A DNA stretch of 64,000 bases, taken from the IMG/VR virus record IMGVR_UViG_2571042740_000001, positions 1 to 64,000 of that record; one strand, 5' to 3'. The DNA is from a virus. Lineage: Duplodnaviria > Caudoviricetes. Below, one piece after another: positions 29,401 through 38,232 of the stretch. The notes below the pieces were generated by a model that saw nothing but the letters and a program-made list of their open reading frames with translations, made no database searches and was not told where the DNA came from. Position numbers and translations under genes: made by a program. How positions within the stretch are numbered: position 1 is the first letter of the stretch; each line of letters starts with the position of its first letter.

Positions 29401-31371
29401 CTGAATACGGGTAACAATAGACCTGATTGCAGGCATCAGGATCTCACCGAAGCTGATTGCAAGCTCCTGCAACTGAGATTTCAGGATGGTCATCTGTCCG
29501 GCAAGGTTGTCCTGCATGGTGTCTGCCATGCCCTTCGCAGAACCTTCACAGCCGTAAATGGCAGTAGAGAGCTTGTTATAGTCCTCCTCACTGGCATTGA
29601 TGATCGCAAGCATACCCGCCATATTCTGCTTACCGAAGATAGCGGCAGCCGCCTGCATCTGCTCTGCCTGTGCAAGGCCCTCTGTTGTTGTTGACAGTTC
29701 TGCAACAATATCATCGAAATCACGGGCATTTCCCTCGGCGTCTGTCAATTCCACATTGACCTTGCCCATTTTCTCGCGGAGCATACCCATGATATCTCCG
29801 AGCGAACGCATATTGCCGTCTGCATCGGTCATGAGTGTATTTGCCCCGGCGATCTCTTTGGAGACACCTTCCTGTTCTTTTGCAAGTGCCTCCTGCGCAC
29901 GGGCAAGTTTCAGCTGTGCTTTTTCGTAGTTATTGCTTGCAAGCTGTGCCTGCGAACTGCCCTCGCCGTACTTGCTGATCGCATCGTTCAGTTTGATCTG
30001 TGCATTGTCAAGGGAGATAGTCGCATCCTCTACAGCCTGTTCAGCTTTCTCAACCTTTGCAAAGTCGATTTTCTGAATGGTCTCAGTGCTGATAAAGCCG
30101 AGCTGCTGCATTGCTGCCGCCTGCTGTTTGGTCGGTTTTGTGAGGTTTACAAGTGCGTTTTTCAAGCTGTTACCGGCCTGAGAGCCTTTGATACCTGAAT
30201 TAGCCATGAGTCCGAGAGCAATAGATAAGTCCTCCGCACTCGCTCCCATTGAACCGGCAATCGGAGCAACATATTTGAAGGATTCGCCCATGAGAGACAC
30301 ATTCGTGTTGGCGTTACTCGATGCTGCCGCGAGGATATCTGCGAAGTGCGCAGAATCATCCGCGCTCATACCAAGAGCCGTCAGAGCGTCCGTAACAATA
30401 TCCGATGTCGTTGCAAGGTCTTCACCGGAAGCTGCAGCGAGGTTCATAATACCCTCGACACCGTTCAGCATATCCTCGGTTTTCCAGCCCGCCATTGCCA
30501 TATAGTTCATGGCATCAGCGGCTTCCGATGCTGAGAATTTCGTCTGACTGCCCATCTCCCGGGCCTTATCTCTCAGTGCCTGAAGATCCTCACCGGTCGC
30601 ACCGGATACAGCGGAGACCTTGCTCATGGATGCATCAAAATCCGCTGTAGTTTTTACAGCGGCAGTTCCGAGTCCGAGGATCGGTACAGTCACATATTTT
30701 GTCAGGTTCGTACCGACCGTTGCGATCTTGTCGCCGACCTTTTCAATAGATGCTCCCGCTTCACCGATTTTTACAAGTGCCGTCTGAGAATTTGCAGCTT
30801 CCTGCTGCAGATTTCGCAGTTCCTGTTCCGTATCGACAATTTCACGCTGAAGGGCGTCGTACTGCTCAGGCGGAATCGGATGTCCGAATTCATCGGAGAC
30901 ATCCTTTGCCTGCTGTTTCAAGCCGTTCAGCTCATCGGTGGTCTGCTTGATCTCACTTTGCAGGGCATCATATTTCTCCTGCGAAATTTCACCGCGGGAA
31001 AGCTGTTCATCGGCGATGCGGCTCTGCTCCTTCAGTTCCCGGAGCTTTGTCTCAGTCTCACCGATCTTCTGCTTGATAGGGTCGTATTTTGCCTTCCACG
31101 CATCGTAATTGTCTTTGGTTTTGGCAGCCTGTTCGCTGGCTTTTTTCAGTGTTTCGAGCTTGTCACTGGTCGATGATACGGCATCGGCAAGCAATCGCTG
31201 TTTCTGCGACAGCAGTTCCGTATTGGTAGGGTCGAGCTTCAGCAGCTTTTCGACATCCTTGAGCTGTGTCTGCGTGTTTTTGATATTCTTATTGACACCT
31301 TCAAGGGCTTTGCTGAGTTTCGTGGTATCGCCGCCGATCTCAACGGTGATGCCCTTGATTCTGTTTGCCAT
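26494..31371 (-). CDS. Tape measure protein (TP901 family)
   Basis: MANRIKGITVEIGGDTT, FDASMSKVSAVSGATG, periodic Trp/Phe repeats, ~1625 aa. Confidence 0.95.
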   Translation of the reverse strand: MANRIKGITVEIGGDTTKLSKALEGVNKNIKNTQTQLKDVEKLLKLDPTNTELLSQKQRLLADAVSSTSDKLETLKKASEQAAKTKDNYDAWKAKYDPIKQKIGETETKLRELKEQSRIADEQLSRGEISQEKYDALQSEIKQTTDELNGLKQQAKDVSDEFGHPIPPEQYDALQREIVDTEQELRNLQQEAANSQTALVKIGEAGASIEKVGDKIATVGTNLTKYVTVPILGLGTAAVKTTADFDASMSKVSAVSGATGEDLQALRDKAREMGSQTKFSASEAADAMNYMAMAGWKTEDMLNGVEGIMNLAAASGEDLATTSDIVTDALTALGMSADDSAHFADILAAASSNANTNVSLMGESFKYVAPIAGSMGASAEDLSIALGLMANSGIKGSQAGNSLKNALVNLTKPTKQQAAAMQQLGFISTETIQKIDFAKVEKAEQAVEDATISLDNAQIKLNDAISKYGEGSSQAQLASNNYEKAQLKLARAQEALAKEQEGVSKEIAGANTLMTDADGNMRSLGDIMGMLREKMGKVNVELTDAEGNARDFDDIVAELSTTTEGLAQAEQMQAAAAIFGKQNMAGMLAIINASEEDYNKLSTAIYGCEGSAKGMADTMQDNLAGQMTILKSQLQELAISFGEILMPAIRSIVTRIQGLIDKFNAMSPATKETIVKIALVAAALGPLLLVIGKTMVGVGKLMQLVANLPSMIAGAKAAFSSFGAAIGGISAPVVAVIAVIAALVAAFVHLWKTNEDFRNKITAIWEQIKSIFSGFCQGIVDRINALGFDFKNITEIIKAVWDGLCKFLKPIFEGQFQQIANIFKAVTDIILSVLDVFVGIFTGDWDKVWNGIKGIFVAVWNFIKDTLKNALNMLCGIFGTDLGEVKDFWVGVWTSIKNFFVNIWNGIKNFVSTVLNAIKNFFTTIWTGIKNFFVGIWTAIYNSVAEKINLIQTVITVVWNAIHTAISTVLNAIWSVITTVWQTIYDFISPLLEAFRYLFETIFEAIHVIISRVMDWIHEKITTTWETIKAVVTIVLEGIKTFFETIWNAISTTVSTVMDTISNVISTVWNAISGFISSILNAIWSVISSIWESIKNHITNTLNAIHAVVSAVWNAISGFVGSVLNAISSTVSNIWNGIKNTVSTVMNAIKNTVSNIWNSVKSAVTEKITAIKDTIVNGFNAAVNFIKNLGSQAFQWGADIINNIVSGIKNCIGKVADAVKGVADKIKSFLHFSVPDEGPLADFESWMPDFMQGLADGINQNAGVVGDAINGFAGNLAETISTVIRNALSNVVTAVQGFMEQVFDTVKNVWANANTAIDATMSQIKIGITGGWKAIVSVVENALDSIKKVITTTWKAAVSVIEAALDGIKKIVTAVWTAMKTLINTGQLDIKNMISTTWNAAKDVVNTALNAIRTVVQSVWNAMPDIVRNPMNQVKDAVLSIWDNIRNGIGDRLGGVRDAVTNAMRAVYDAVMDKVNSSWSWGRDLMQNLINGLNYMLGNLINTVADVARAISDYLHFSVPDKGPLTEFESWMPDFMKGLAQGINKSKKYVEKAISGVADAMAIAMNSDFNVDMSGVTGAMVGAGGTTVVNNYNNDNSRTVNQTNNSPKSLSRLEIYRQTRNALNI

Positions 31372-31422
31372 GCGGATCACCTGCCTTTCGCATGGGTATA
31401 TTCAAGCATTAAAAATGTGCTG

Positions 31423-32076
31423 TTATTGTTTCATCAGCCTGAATGTTTCTGACAGGCTTTTGTGTTTCAGCTTCCTCGGCTCAAACCCGATCACATCGAA
31501 AAACAGGTGCATAACAGCACCGCCGAAAAATACAGAAATGAGTGTACCAATACCAACCGAGCCGCCGAGTAACCACCCAGCAAATGTGATAACTGCCCAC
31601 AGTAGTATCTCAACCACCCCGATCGGTATCTTCGGCATTCGTTTCCCGATAGCAATCAGCAGCCCGTCCTTCGGACCACAGCCCTGTTCTGCTGACATAT
31701 ACAGATACATTCCGAGTGAGATAAACAGAAATCCGAACAGCATCAGTACGATACCCAGCCAAATGCTGTGATTCTCAGGATATGGGGAATAATCGTTCAA
31801 TAGCTGTGTCAGGTTCCCGGTTATAACAGCATCCAGTATTGTCGCAGACCCGATACGCTCCAAGAAAAGAAGCTGTATCAGAACCGCAGTCACAGAGATC
31901 AGCACCATAGAACTGCCGTAGTTCAGCGGTGTATGCTGTGCGATACCCATGCCGAGGCAGTCCCAAGGTGCCAGACCAATGTTTGCGGCTATCGTCAGAT
32001 GCACACCGAAGGAGTAAACGGCAAGCCCGAATAAGATCCGCAGCCAGCCGGAAACGATGTGCTTTTTAGAAGGCAT
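31423..32076 (-). CDS. YczE/YyaS/YitT-family membrane protein
   Basis: ANIGLAPWD, GCGPKDGL, GGSVGIGTL, several hydrophobic helices. Likely start MPSKK. Confidence 0.8.
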   Translation of the reverse strand: MPSKKHIVSGWLRILFGLAVYSFGVHLTIAANIGLAPWDCLGMGIAQHTPLNYGSSMVLISVTAVLIQLLFLERIGSATILDAVITGNLTQLLNDYSPYPENHSIWLGIVLMLFGFLFISLGMYLYMSAEQGCGPKDGLLIAIGKRMPKIPIGVVEILLWAVITFAGWLLGGSVGIGTLISVFFGGAVMHLFFDVIGFEPRKLKHKSLSETFRLMKQ

Positions 32077-32607
32077 CGAAGTTTTCCTGCGTTGCCTTGA
32101 TCGGGTAATCATAATCGTCATTATCCTTTTCAATGAACATTTCGTTGACCATCCCGATAGTGAGCAGATCAAGGTCGGAAAGACTCAGCCCGATCTGCAC
32201 ACATCGGAGAAGGAACAGCGGCGTTGTCATCTCGCGGTCAACTGGGCGAGACTTTTTTTTGACTCTGCCTGCGTCTCCAGATTCACGCCCCAGAGTTCAA
32301 AGAGCTGCGGCAGCACTTCGTAGATTGAGAAGGTGTTGAACTGCTCCAACCACTCATCCGGGCTGTCCGGAACGCCCTCCGGGTCAGCGTGCTTTGCCAT
32401 AGTCCAGGCGATATTCTCGAACACCTCAAGGCTCTCGATACCGAGACCGGAATTCTCCTCATCGCTCTCGTCAACCGAATCCTTCAGCGCAGAGAAATCC
32501 TTGAAGATGTCCTTGCGGAACTTTGCACGGTAAAGGCGAGGCAGTGTAGCACTCGCCTTGAAAGGAACCTCGATGCCGTCAACAGTAATTGTTTTTCTGA
32601 TAGCCAT
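32066..32607 (-). CDS. Tail assembly chaperone G (32227..32607) and -1 frameshift product G-T
   Basis: A8 slippery run at 32253-32260. The -1 frame reads KSRPVDREMTTPLFLLRCVQIGLS...QENFDAF to a stop at 32066. Confidence 0.8.
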
Positions 32608-32622
32608 ATACTTTCCTCCGAA

Positions 32623-33279
32623 TCAGTCAGTAGTAGTGGATGCGGCTGTGCTGCCGCCCTTTGTGGTACTTGCGGAACGTGTATTGGTGCTGTTGTTGGT
32701 AGTAGCCGCTGTCGGGATATAGACGGTGTTGTACCAGTTGTTGTAGGTGGTCTCATCTGTGCTTTCACAGGTCTTGGACTTTACCAGACCGGAAGGCAGC
32801 GCAGAAGCCTTCAGCGACAGTGTCTCTGTCTTGACTTCCTTGCTCTCCTCAGTGGTCTGACCTTCAGTTGCAGGACGGGATGCAGAGCAGCAGTACAGCA
32901 CATGACGAATGTGATTTTTGTCTCCGTCAAACTCGAACAGGAGTGCGAACTGCGATGTCTCCGCATCGTTGCGCTCCACGAGAACGCCCTTGCTGTCGAG
33001 CTGTTCGCCGAGGATATCGGTTGCGAAATCGGTGGTGATGAGCGCGATTTCGAGGTCACCCTCATAGCCTGCGTTGTTGTTGATAACGTAGTAAACGGTG
33101 TTGTCGGCGTAGAAATTGTCGTTCTCGCCGTTTGCGTCAATGCTCAGCGAGACTGCACCGGGCAGACGGACAGGCGTTGCAAATGTCGGCACACCGTCAT
33201 CGCTCCACGCTGTGATCTTTGCCCAGTGAACCTTGTTCAGACCGAACTTGACCTTGTTTTTCTTCAGAGCCATATTCAT
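32623..33279 (-). CDS. Major tail protein (phi13 family)
   Basis: NKVKFGLNKVH, PGAVSLS, FYADN..YY...NN.GYEGDLE. Confidence 0.9.
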   Translation of the reverse strand: MNMALKKNKVKFGLNKVHWAKITAWSDDGVPTFATPVRLPGAVSLSIDANGENDNFYADNTVYYVINNNAGYEGDLEIALITTDFATDILGEQLDSKGVLVERNDAETSQFALLFEFDGDKNHIRHVLYCCSASRPATEGQTTEESKEVKTETLSLKASALPSGLVKSKTCESTDETTYNNWYNTVYIPTAATTNNSTNTRSASTTKGGSTAASTTTD

Positions 33280-33593
33280 ACCTCCAATGTGTACAGGACC
33301 TCATAGAGCCGTTCGCTCTCGATCCATGTTTCAGATTTTGTATAATAAATATTGTGCTGATGCAGTACTTCCTCTACACGCTCCTCCGCATCCGGGGATT
33401 TTTCATCGGTGTACAGTTCAATATGCAGCCGCTTGAAGCTGACATACATCAGATTATCCGCACTGAATGTATTTTCACCGGGAGACAGAAACAGCGTGAA
33501 CGGAGGATCTGGGCTTTCACCCTCTGCGAAATGATGATACGCAAAGGGCAGCCCGATCTCCTGCATCATCTCGGAAATTTCTTCGTAGGTCAC
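33276..33593 (-). CDS. Tail completion/terminator protein
   Basis: GLPFAYHHF, IELYTD, ETWIESERLYEVLY; synteny. Confidence 0.75.
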   Translation of the reverse strand: MTYEEISEMMQEIGLPFAYHHFAEGESPDPPFTLFLSPGENTFSADNLMYVSFKRLHIELYTDEKSPDAEERVEEVLHQHNIYYTKSETWIESERLYEVLYTLEV

Positions 33594-33967
33594 GATAACT
33601 CCTTTTTAATGAGCGTTTCGAGCATATCCGCACCGTTTGCTTCGGCAGGAGCGATATGCGGGATAGCCGCCACACGTCCGCCGCCGCGCTTTGCATGACC
33701 GTGTTCGAGGAGATGTGCGATCTGATAGCGGTCTTTGCTGTGGACGGTCATTTCCAGTGTGTGGCTGTTTTCCTTCGTTTTCTTCGCTGTCCAGCTTCGC
33801 TTGTAGCGCCCGGACTTCACAGGGGCGTTGGCAGAGATCTCGTTTTTGACCGCTGTTGCCGTTTTTCTCACAGCGCGTTTCATGCCCGCATCTGCAAGCT
33901 CCGCATATTCCGTCAGTCCCTTCATGACCTCCGATGCCAGATCGTCAATAGATGTCATCCTTCGCAC
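33590..33967 (-). CDS. HK97 gp10-like protein
   Basis: APVKSGRYKRSW, HLLEHGH, PHIAPA. Confidence 0.85.
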   Translation of the reverse strand: MRRMTSIDDLASEVMKGLTEYAELADAGMKRAVRKTATAVKNEISANAPVKSGRYKRSWTAKKTKENSHTLEMTVHSKDRYQIAHLLEHGHAKRGGGRVAAIPHIAPAEANGADMLETLIKKELS

Positions 33968-34310
33968 CTGCCTTTCTGGATTCGCAGATCAGCTTCATAT
34001 AGTCCTGCGTCTGATAATTCGGCACAATGCCCTTGATGTCATAGTCAATACCTTCAAAGCGGATGCGGTATACGGTAGAAGCCATCTTTTTTGTCTGCGG
34101 GGTCTGACGGATAATGACCTCCAGCTTTTGTATCTCTCTGGTCACTCCGGTATTTGTTTCCTCAGCTGCACCGCCCACGGTATTGGATACCGTCACGGAA
34201 GCCCAGAGGGAGAACACCTCCTCCCACCGGGCTTTGTGATTTCCGATCGCATCTTTTTTGACATGATTTTCGAGGACGGCGATCCGCTGATTCAGTTTTC
34301 CAATCTCCAT
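33945..34310 (-). CDS. Head closure/head-tail adaptor
   Basis: IGKLNQRI, WASV, RIRFEGIDYDI. Confidence 0.85.
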   Translation of the reverse strand: MEIGKLNQRIAVLENHVKKDAIGNHKARWEEVFSLWASVTVSNTVGGAAEETNTGVTREIQKLEVIIRQTPQTKKMASTVYRIRFEGIDYDIKGIVPNYQTQDYMKLICESRKAGAKDDIY

Positions 34311-34588
34311 CAGACCACGCCCTCTCTTTGTGCGAATAATAGCGCCCTGAGTGTCAGTGTCAGTGCATGATAATCTGCAGTATTGCGGTTTTCATAGAGG
34401 TAAGATACAGTATACAGCATAGCCTGCCGGGAGGTTTCCTCATTTTCCGCTAACTGTTTTTCGGTCATGCGTCCCACATCCATCACGAGCCGCTGCGCCG
34501 TATCGATCAGAGTGAGGATGAGCTTGTCATCCTCACAGTGGTCAACACGGAGGTAGTTTTTTGTTTCAGGCAGTGAGATCAGATTCAC
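34310..34588 (-). CDS. Head-tail connector (gp6-like)
   Basis: KNYLRVD..EDDKLI...YLYENR. Confidence 0.88.
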   Translation of the reverse strand: MNLISLPETKNYLRVDHCEDDKLILTLIDTAQRLVMDVGRMTEKQLAENEETSRQAMLYTVSYLYENRNTADYHALTLTLRALLFAQREGVV

Positions 34589-34608
34589 TTATCTGCCCTC
34601 CGTTCTTA

Positions 34609-35865
34609 TCAGCCGTTGCCGCCGGTATTACCGCCGGTTGTACCGCCGCCGGTGGTGTTGGACTTCGTACCTGCCATCTTCAGCACCTTCACGGACTCCG
34701 GCAGGATCAGACGACCGTCCACACGCTGTGTGGTAAGGAAGCCGACCTGATCGGTGCGGGCATACAGCTCGTTCAGACGGCGGAAGGTGCGGTTCTGACG
34801 GTCTGCCACCCAGTAATTCTTCATGTCACCGAAGAGAAGCACACGCTCGCCCTTGGCGATACCGGGCATGAAAGAGCTGGTGCGGATCGGTCTGCCGAGC
34901 AGAGTGTCCGGCTTTGCGATGTCGAGGGACGGCTTCCAGAGGTAGTTGTCGTTCTTGTCCTTCAGCTTCATGAGCTGAAGCAGGATTGTCTCATTGCAGA
35001 CGAACTGTGCGTTTCTGCGGTAGGGAGACTTCAGGCTGTAGTAGAGATCAAAGATCTCATCGAAGGTGATCGCTGTCTGCGAAGCGGCAGTCACGCCAAG
35101 CTCTGCACCGCCGGTCTCATCGAGGATACCGAGGGGCTTCTTGTCGCCGTCACCGGTGAAGAATGCACGCTCCTCGGCATTGCCCATTGCAACACCGAAA
35201 CGTGCAGCGATATACGATGCGAGGTCAAAGGCGGAGTCGTGCAGAAGCTCGTTGCTGATCTTGATCATCGTGCCGAGCTTGTATGCGGAGAGGGTCGTCT
35301 GACCGAAACGTGTATCGGTCTCCGGGATCTCCTCACCCTCATCGATCCACTGTGCCTCCATCGTATCGTTCGCAATCGGGATCTTACGGGTGCCGGAATT
35401 GGTCTTGATGACCGTTGCCATCTGACGGAAGATGTTGTTCTCTTCCAGTGCCTGAATCAGTCTGCGCTCGAACTCGTCCGGCACAGTGTAGCCGCCCTCG
35501 GTGTCCTCACCGACAGAGAGTGCGTTGCGGACTGCAAGCTGATCGCCCTTGTTGCGGATCATATCCCAGAAGGCAGACTTGTACTCGTCAGTCGCGGTCG
35601 GGTTGGTGGGCGGCGTATTCTTTGTGCAGGGAGCGTTGGTGACGGGCTTGGAGGTCGGTGCGGAAAGTGCCGCATCGAGGGCTGCCTGCTGCTCAAGGCG
35701 CTCGATCTCTGCGCCCAGCGCCTGCACCTCACCGGCCATTTTGTTGTACTGCTCCACTGCGGAAGCCTCCACGAGACCGTTCTCACCACGGTGCTTTTCG
35801 AGGAATGCCTTTGTCTGCTCCCACAGGGTATTACGCTTGCTGCGAAGTTCCATGATCTTGCTCAT
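34609..35865 (-). CDS. HK97-fold major capsid protein
   Basis: EGGYTVPDEF, ISNELLHDSAFDL, LLGRPI, RVDG. Confidence 0.95.
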   Translation of the reverse strand: MSKIMELRSKRNTLWEQTKAFLEKHRGENGLVEASAVEQYNKMAGEVQALGAEIERLEQQAALDAALSAPTSKPVTNAPCTKNTPPTNPTATDEYKSAFWDMIRNKGDQLAVRNALSVGEDTEGGYTVPDEFERRLIQALEENNIFRQMATVIKTNSGTRKIPIANDTMEAQWIDEGEEIPETDTRFGQTTLSAYKLGTMIKISNELLHDSAFDLASYIAARFGVAMGNAEERAFFTGDGDKKPLGILDETGGAELGVTAASQTAITFDEIFDLYYSLKSPYRRNAQFVCNETILLQLMKLKDKNDNYLWKPSLDIAKPDTLLGRPIRTSSFMPGIAKGERVLLFGDMKNYWVADRQNRTFRRLNELYARTDQVGFLTTQRVDGRLILPESVKVLKMAGTKSNTTGGGTTGGNTGGNG

Positions 35866-35919
35866 ATCTTTTCTCCGTTTCTGCCGGATATCTCCGGCTG
35901 TCATAAAAATACAGCCTGC

Positions 35920-36849
35920 TTATCTCAGAAAAGCAAGCTGCTGTTTCAAAATCTCATACGGCATAGCGCCGTCAGCGGTTTTGCCGTCCATACCGATCAC
36001 AGGTATTTCCGGCACTGTAACTGTCGGTACGGTCAGCTCTTCCTCGGAAGGTTTCTGTGCATCATCTGCCTTGCCGTCATCGGACGGCTCTGCGCCTCCC
36101 GGTGCTGCGGAAGCGGTGATCTTTCCCAGAATGGTCTGTCCCATGACACGGGTACTGTACTCCCAAAGGGCATCGCCGGTGTCCAGCTTGAACGGCTTCT
36201 TTTCGGTCTCTTTCTTTTCATCGCCCTCATCGTCACCGCCTTCCTTATCGGGCTTGTCAGGCTCGTCCGGATCGTCAGGATCATCCTCCTTCTTGTCCGG
36301 TTCGGGCTTTTCGTCAAAGAGGATCTCATCAGCAAAGCCCAGCTCGACCGCCTTTTTCGCATTGATCCATGTCTCATCGGACATGAGTTTGCTGATGCGG
36401 TTTCGGGAAAGACCCGTCTTTGCGGCATATGCGTTGATGATGCTTTCTTTGACCTCGTTCAACGTTGCAATTGCTTTTTCCATGTCCTTTGCATTGCCGA
36501 AAGCAATGGTGGACGGGTCATGGATCATGAGAAGTGCGGTGGGAGACATCTGCACGGTATTGCCTGCCATAGCGATCACACTTGCCGCTGATGCAGCGAT
36601 GCTTGCGATTCTGACAGTGACATTGTGCGGATAGTCACGGATCATTGTGTAGATCTCTGCAGCGGCGAAGACGTTGCCGCCCGGTGAATTGATCCAGAGT
36701 GTGAGGTCGCCGTCCTCGGTATACAGCTCATCTCTGAAATCCTGCGGCGTGATCTCATCGCCCCAGAACGAATCCGAGTCGATCGGTCCCTCCAGGCGGA
36801 GCACTCTACCGCCGCTGTCATCGTGAATATAGTCCCAGAATTTCGGCAT
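35920..36849 (-). CDS. ClpP-type prohead protease
   Basis: INSPGGNVF, AASAASVIAMAG, MIHDP, ETWINAKKAVELGFAD. Confidence 0.93.
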   Translation of the reverse strand: MPKFWDYIHDDSGGRVLRLEGPIDSDSFWGDEITPQDFRDELYTEDGDLTLWINSPGGNVFAAAEIYTMIRDYPHNVTVRIASIAASAASVIAMAGNTVQMSPTALLMIHDPSTIAFGNAKDMEKAIATLNEVKESIINAYAAKTGLSRNRISKLMSDETWINAKKAVELGFADEILFDEKPEPDKKEDDPDDPDEPDKPDKEGGDDEGDEKKETEKKPFKLDTGDALWEYSTRVMGQTILGKITASAAPGGAEPSDDGKADDAQKPSEEELTVPTVTVPEIPVIGMDGKTADGAMPYEILKQQLAFLR

Positions 36850-38220
36850 TTACATCCCTCCGTTTCGTACTTTCTTCCTGCGCCTTTTCCGCAGGAATCT
36901 GTCATCGGTCGATTCTTCATCCGGTTCGTCCTGTTCCTCTGTATCTGTCTGCTCCGGCTCGTCCAGGTCGTAGGCGGCACCTGCATCCTGCAGCTTGTTA
37001 TAGCTGCCGTTGAGGTAATAATCATCACCGCCGAGATCGTGCGGAATAAGATCCATGTTTTCAAGCCTGCGCACATCATTCGGGCTCATAAAGCCGTTAC
37101 CGACACCGATCGCATAAGCGTTCATTCTGCTCTGATAATCGCCGCGCATCAGGCCGTCCACATTGAATTTCGGGAAATATACATCCTGTTCCTCCTCCAG
37201 CAGAAGGTCTTTGATGATGCCTTTTTCAATGCGGATGATCCACGGCATGAGCGAATACTGCACAAATGCGATGCCCTGATGCTCGATGTTATTGAAGGTG
37301 CTGCGCTTCAGGTCCTGTACCAGATGGGGCGGCACCTGAAACATTCGGCAGATCTCTTCCACATCAAATTCTCTTGTGGATAGGAACTGCGAATCCTCCG
37401 GCGGCAGCGAGATCGGTTTATACTGCATTCCTTCTTCTAGGACTGCGATGCGGTGCGCATTGCGGGAACCGCCGTACACCCTCGTCCAGTTCTCACGGAT
37501 CTTTTCCGGATTTTTCAGCACGCCCGGATGTTCCAGAACACCGGCAGGCTGCGCTCCGTTTTTGAAGAAGGCGCTGCCGTAACGCTCCACCGCCATTGCT
37601 GCGCCCAGCGCATTTTTCATCATGGCAATGGGTGAAAATCCCACAAGTCCGTTGAATCCCAGACCGGGAATGTGAAGAATCTCGTCCCGCTGAAAAATGA
37701 TATCCTTGTCATGCTCACCGGGCTTTTCGTCGGTGTATGCATGGTAGGTGTAAAACAAGTCGCCGCTTTTCGGGTCGCGGTCGATCTCCATGTTTTCCGG
37801 AAGCAGCGGATACAGACCGAGGATCTCGTTCTTACCGTCCCGGACGATCTGTGCGTATGCGTTGCCCCAGAGCAGCAAATGACACATCAGCGCCTCCCAG
37901 AATGAAAATGAACTCATTTCGGGATTCGGCTGCCGGTAGAGTATCTTATACAGCGGATGATCGGTAGCGCGTTCCTTATCCTCTCCGGCACCTGTATATC
38001 TGTACAGATGCAGCGGAAGCCCTGCGATAGTATTTGACAGCAGTCTCACACAGGCATAAACGGTCACGATTTGCATTGCCGTTCGTTCATCGACACGCTC
38101 TCCGCTGTGCGTCATTCCGAAAACAAACAGATTACCGGAATCGCGGACATTGTCCCGGATATCCGGCAATGACGGTGCATCTCTCGGCTTGTTGATGCCA
38201 AGCCAGCTTAATAAGCCCAT
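36850..38220 (-). CDS. HK97-family portal protein
   Basis: VYACVRLLS, LLLWGNAY, EEICRMFQVPPH, SPNDVRRLENM. Confidence 0.95.
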   Translation of the reverse strand: MGLLSWLGINKPRDAPSLPDIRDNVRDSGNLFVFGMTHSGERVDERTAMQIVTVYACVRLLSNTIAGLPLHLYRYTGAGEDKERATDHPLYKILYRQPNPEMSSFSFWEALMCHLLLWGNAYAQIVRDGKNEILGLYPLLPENMEIDRDPKSGDLFYTYHAYTDEKPGEHDKDIIFQRDEILHIPGLGFNGLVGFSPIAMMKNALGAAMAVERYGSAFFKNGAQPAGVLEHPGVLKNPEKIRENWTRVYGGSRNAHRIAVLEEGMQYKPISLPPEDSQFLSTREFDVEEICRMFQVPPHLVQDLKRSTFNNIEHQGIAFVQYSLMPWIIRIEKGIIKDLLLEEEQDVYFPKFNVDGLMRGDYQSRMNAYAIGVGNGFMSPNDVRRLENMDLIPHDLGGDDYYLNGSYNKLQDAGAAYDLDEPEQTDTEEQDEPDEESTDDRFLRKRRRKKVRNGGM

Positions 38221-38232
38221 AAATATTACCTC

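Noticed and set aside
34561-36634. Long plus-strand ORFs (676 aa and 361 aa) and similar ones at 17191, 45361, 48500 and 60511
   Set aside because: They are antisense shadows of well-supported minus-strand genes and have no recognisable motifs.
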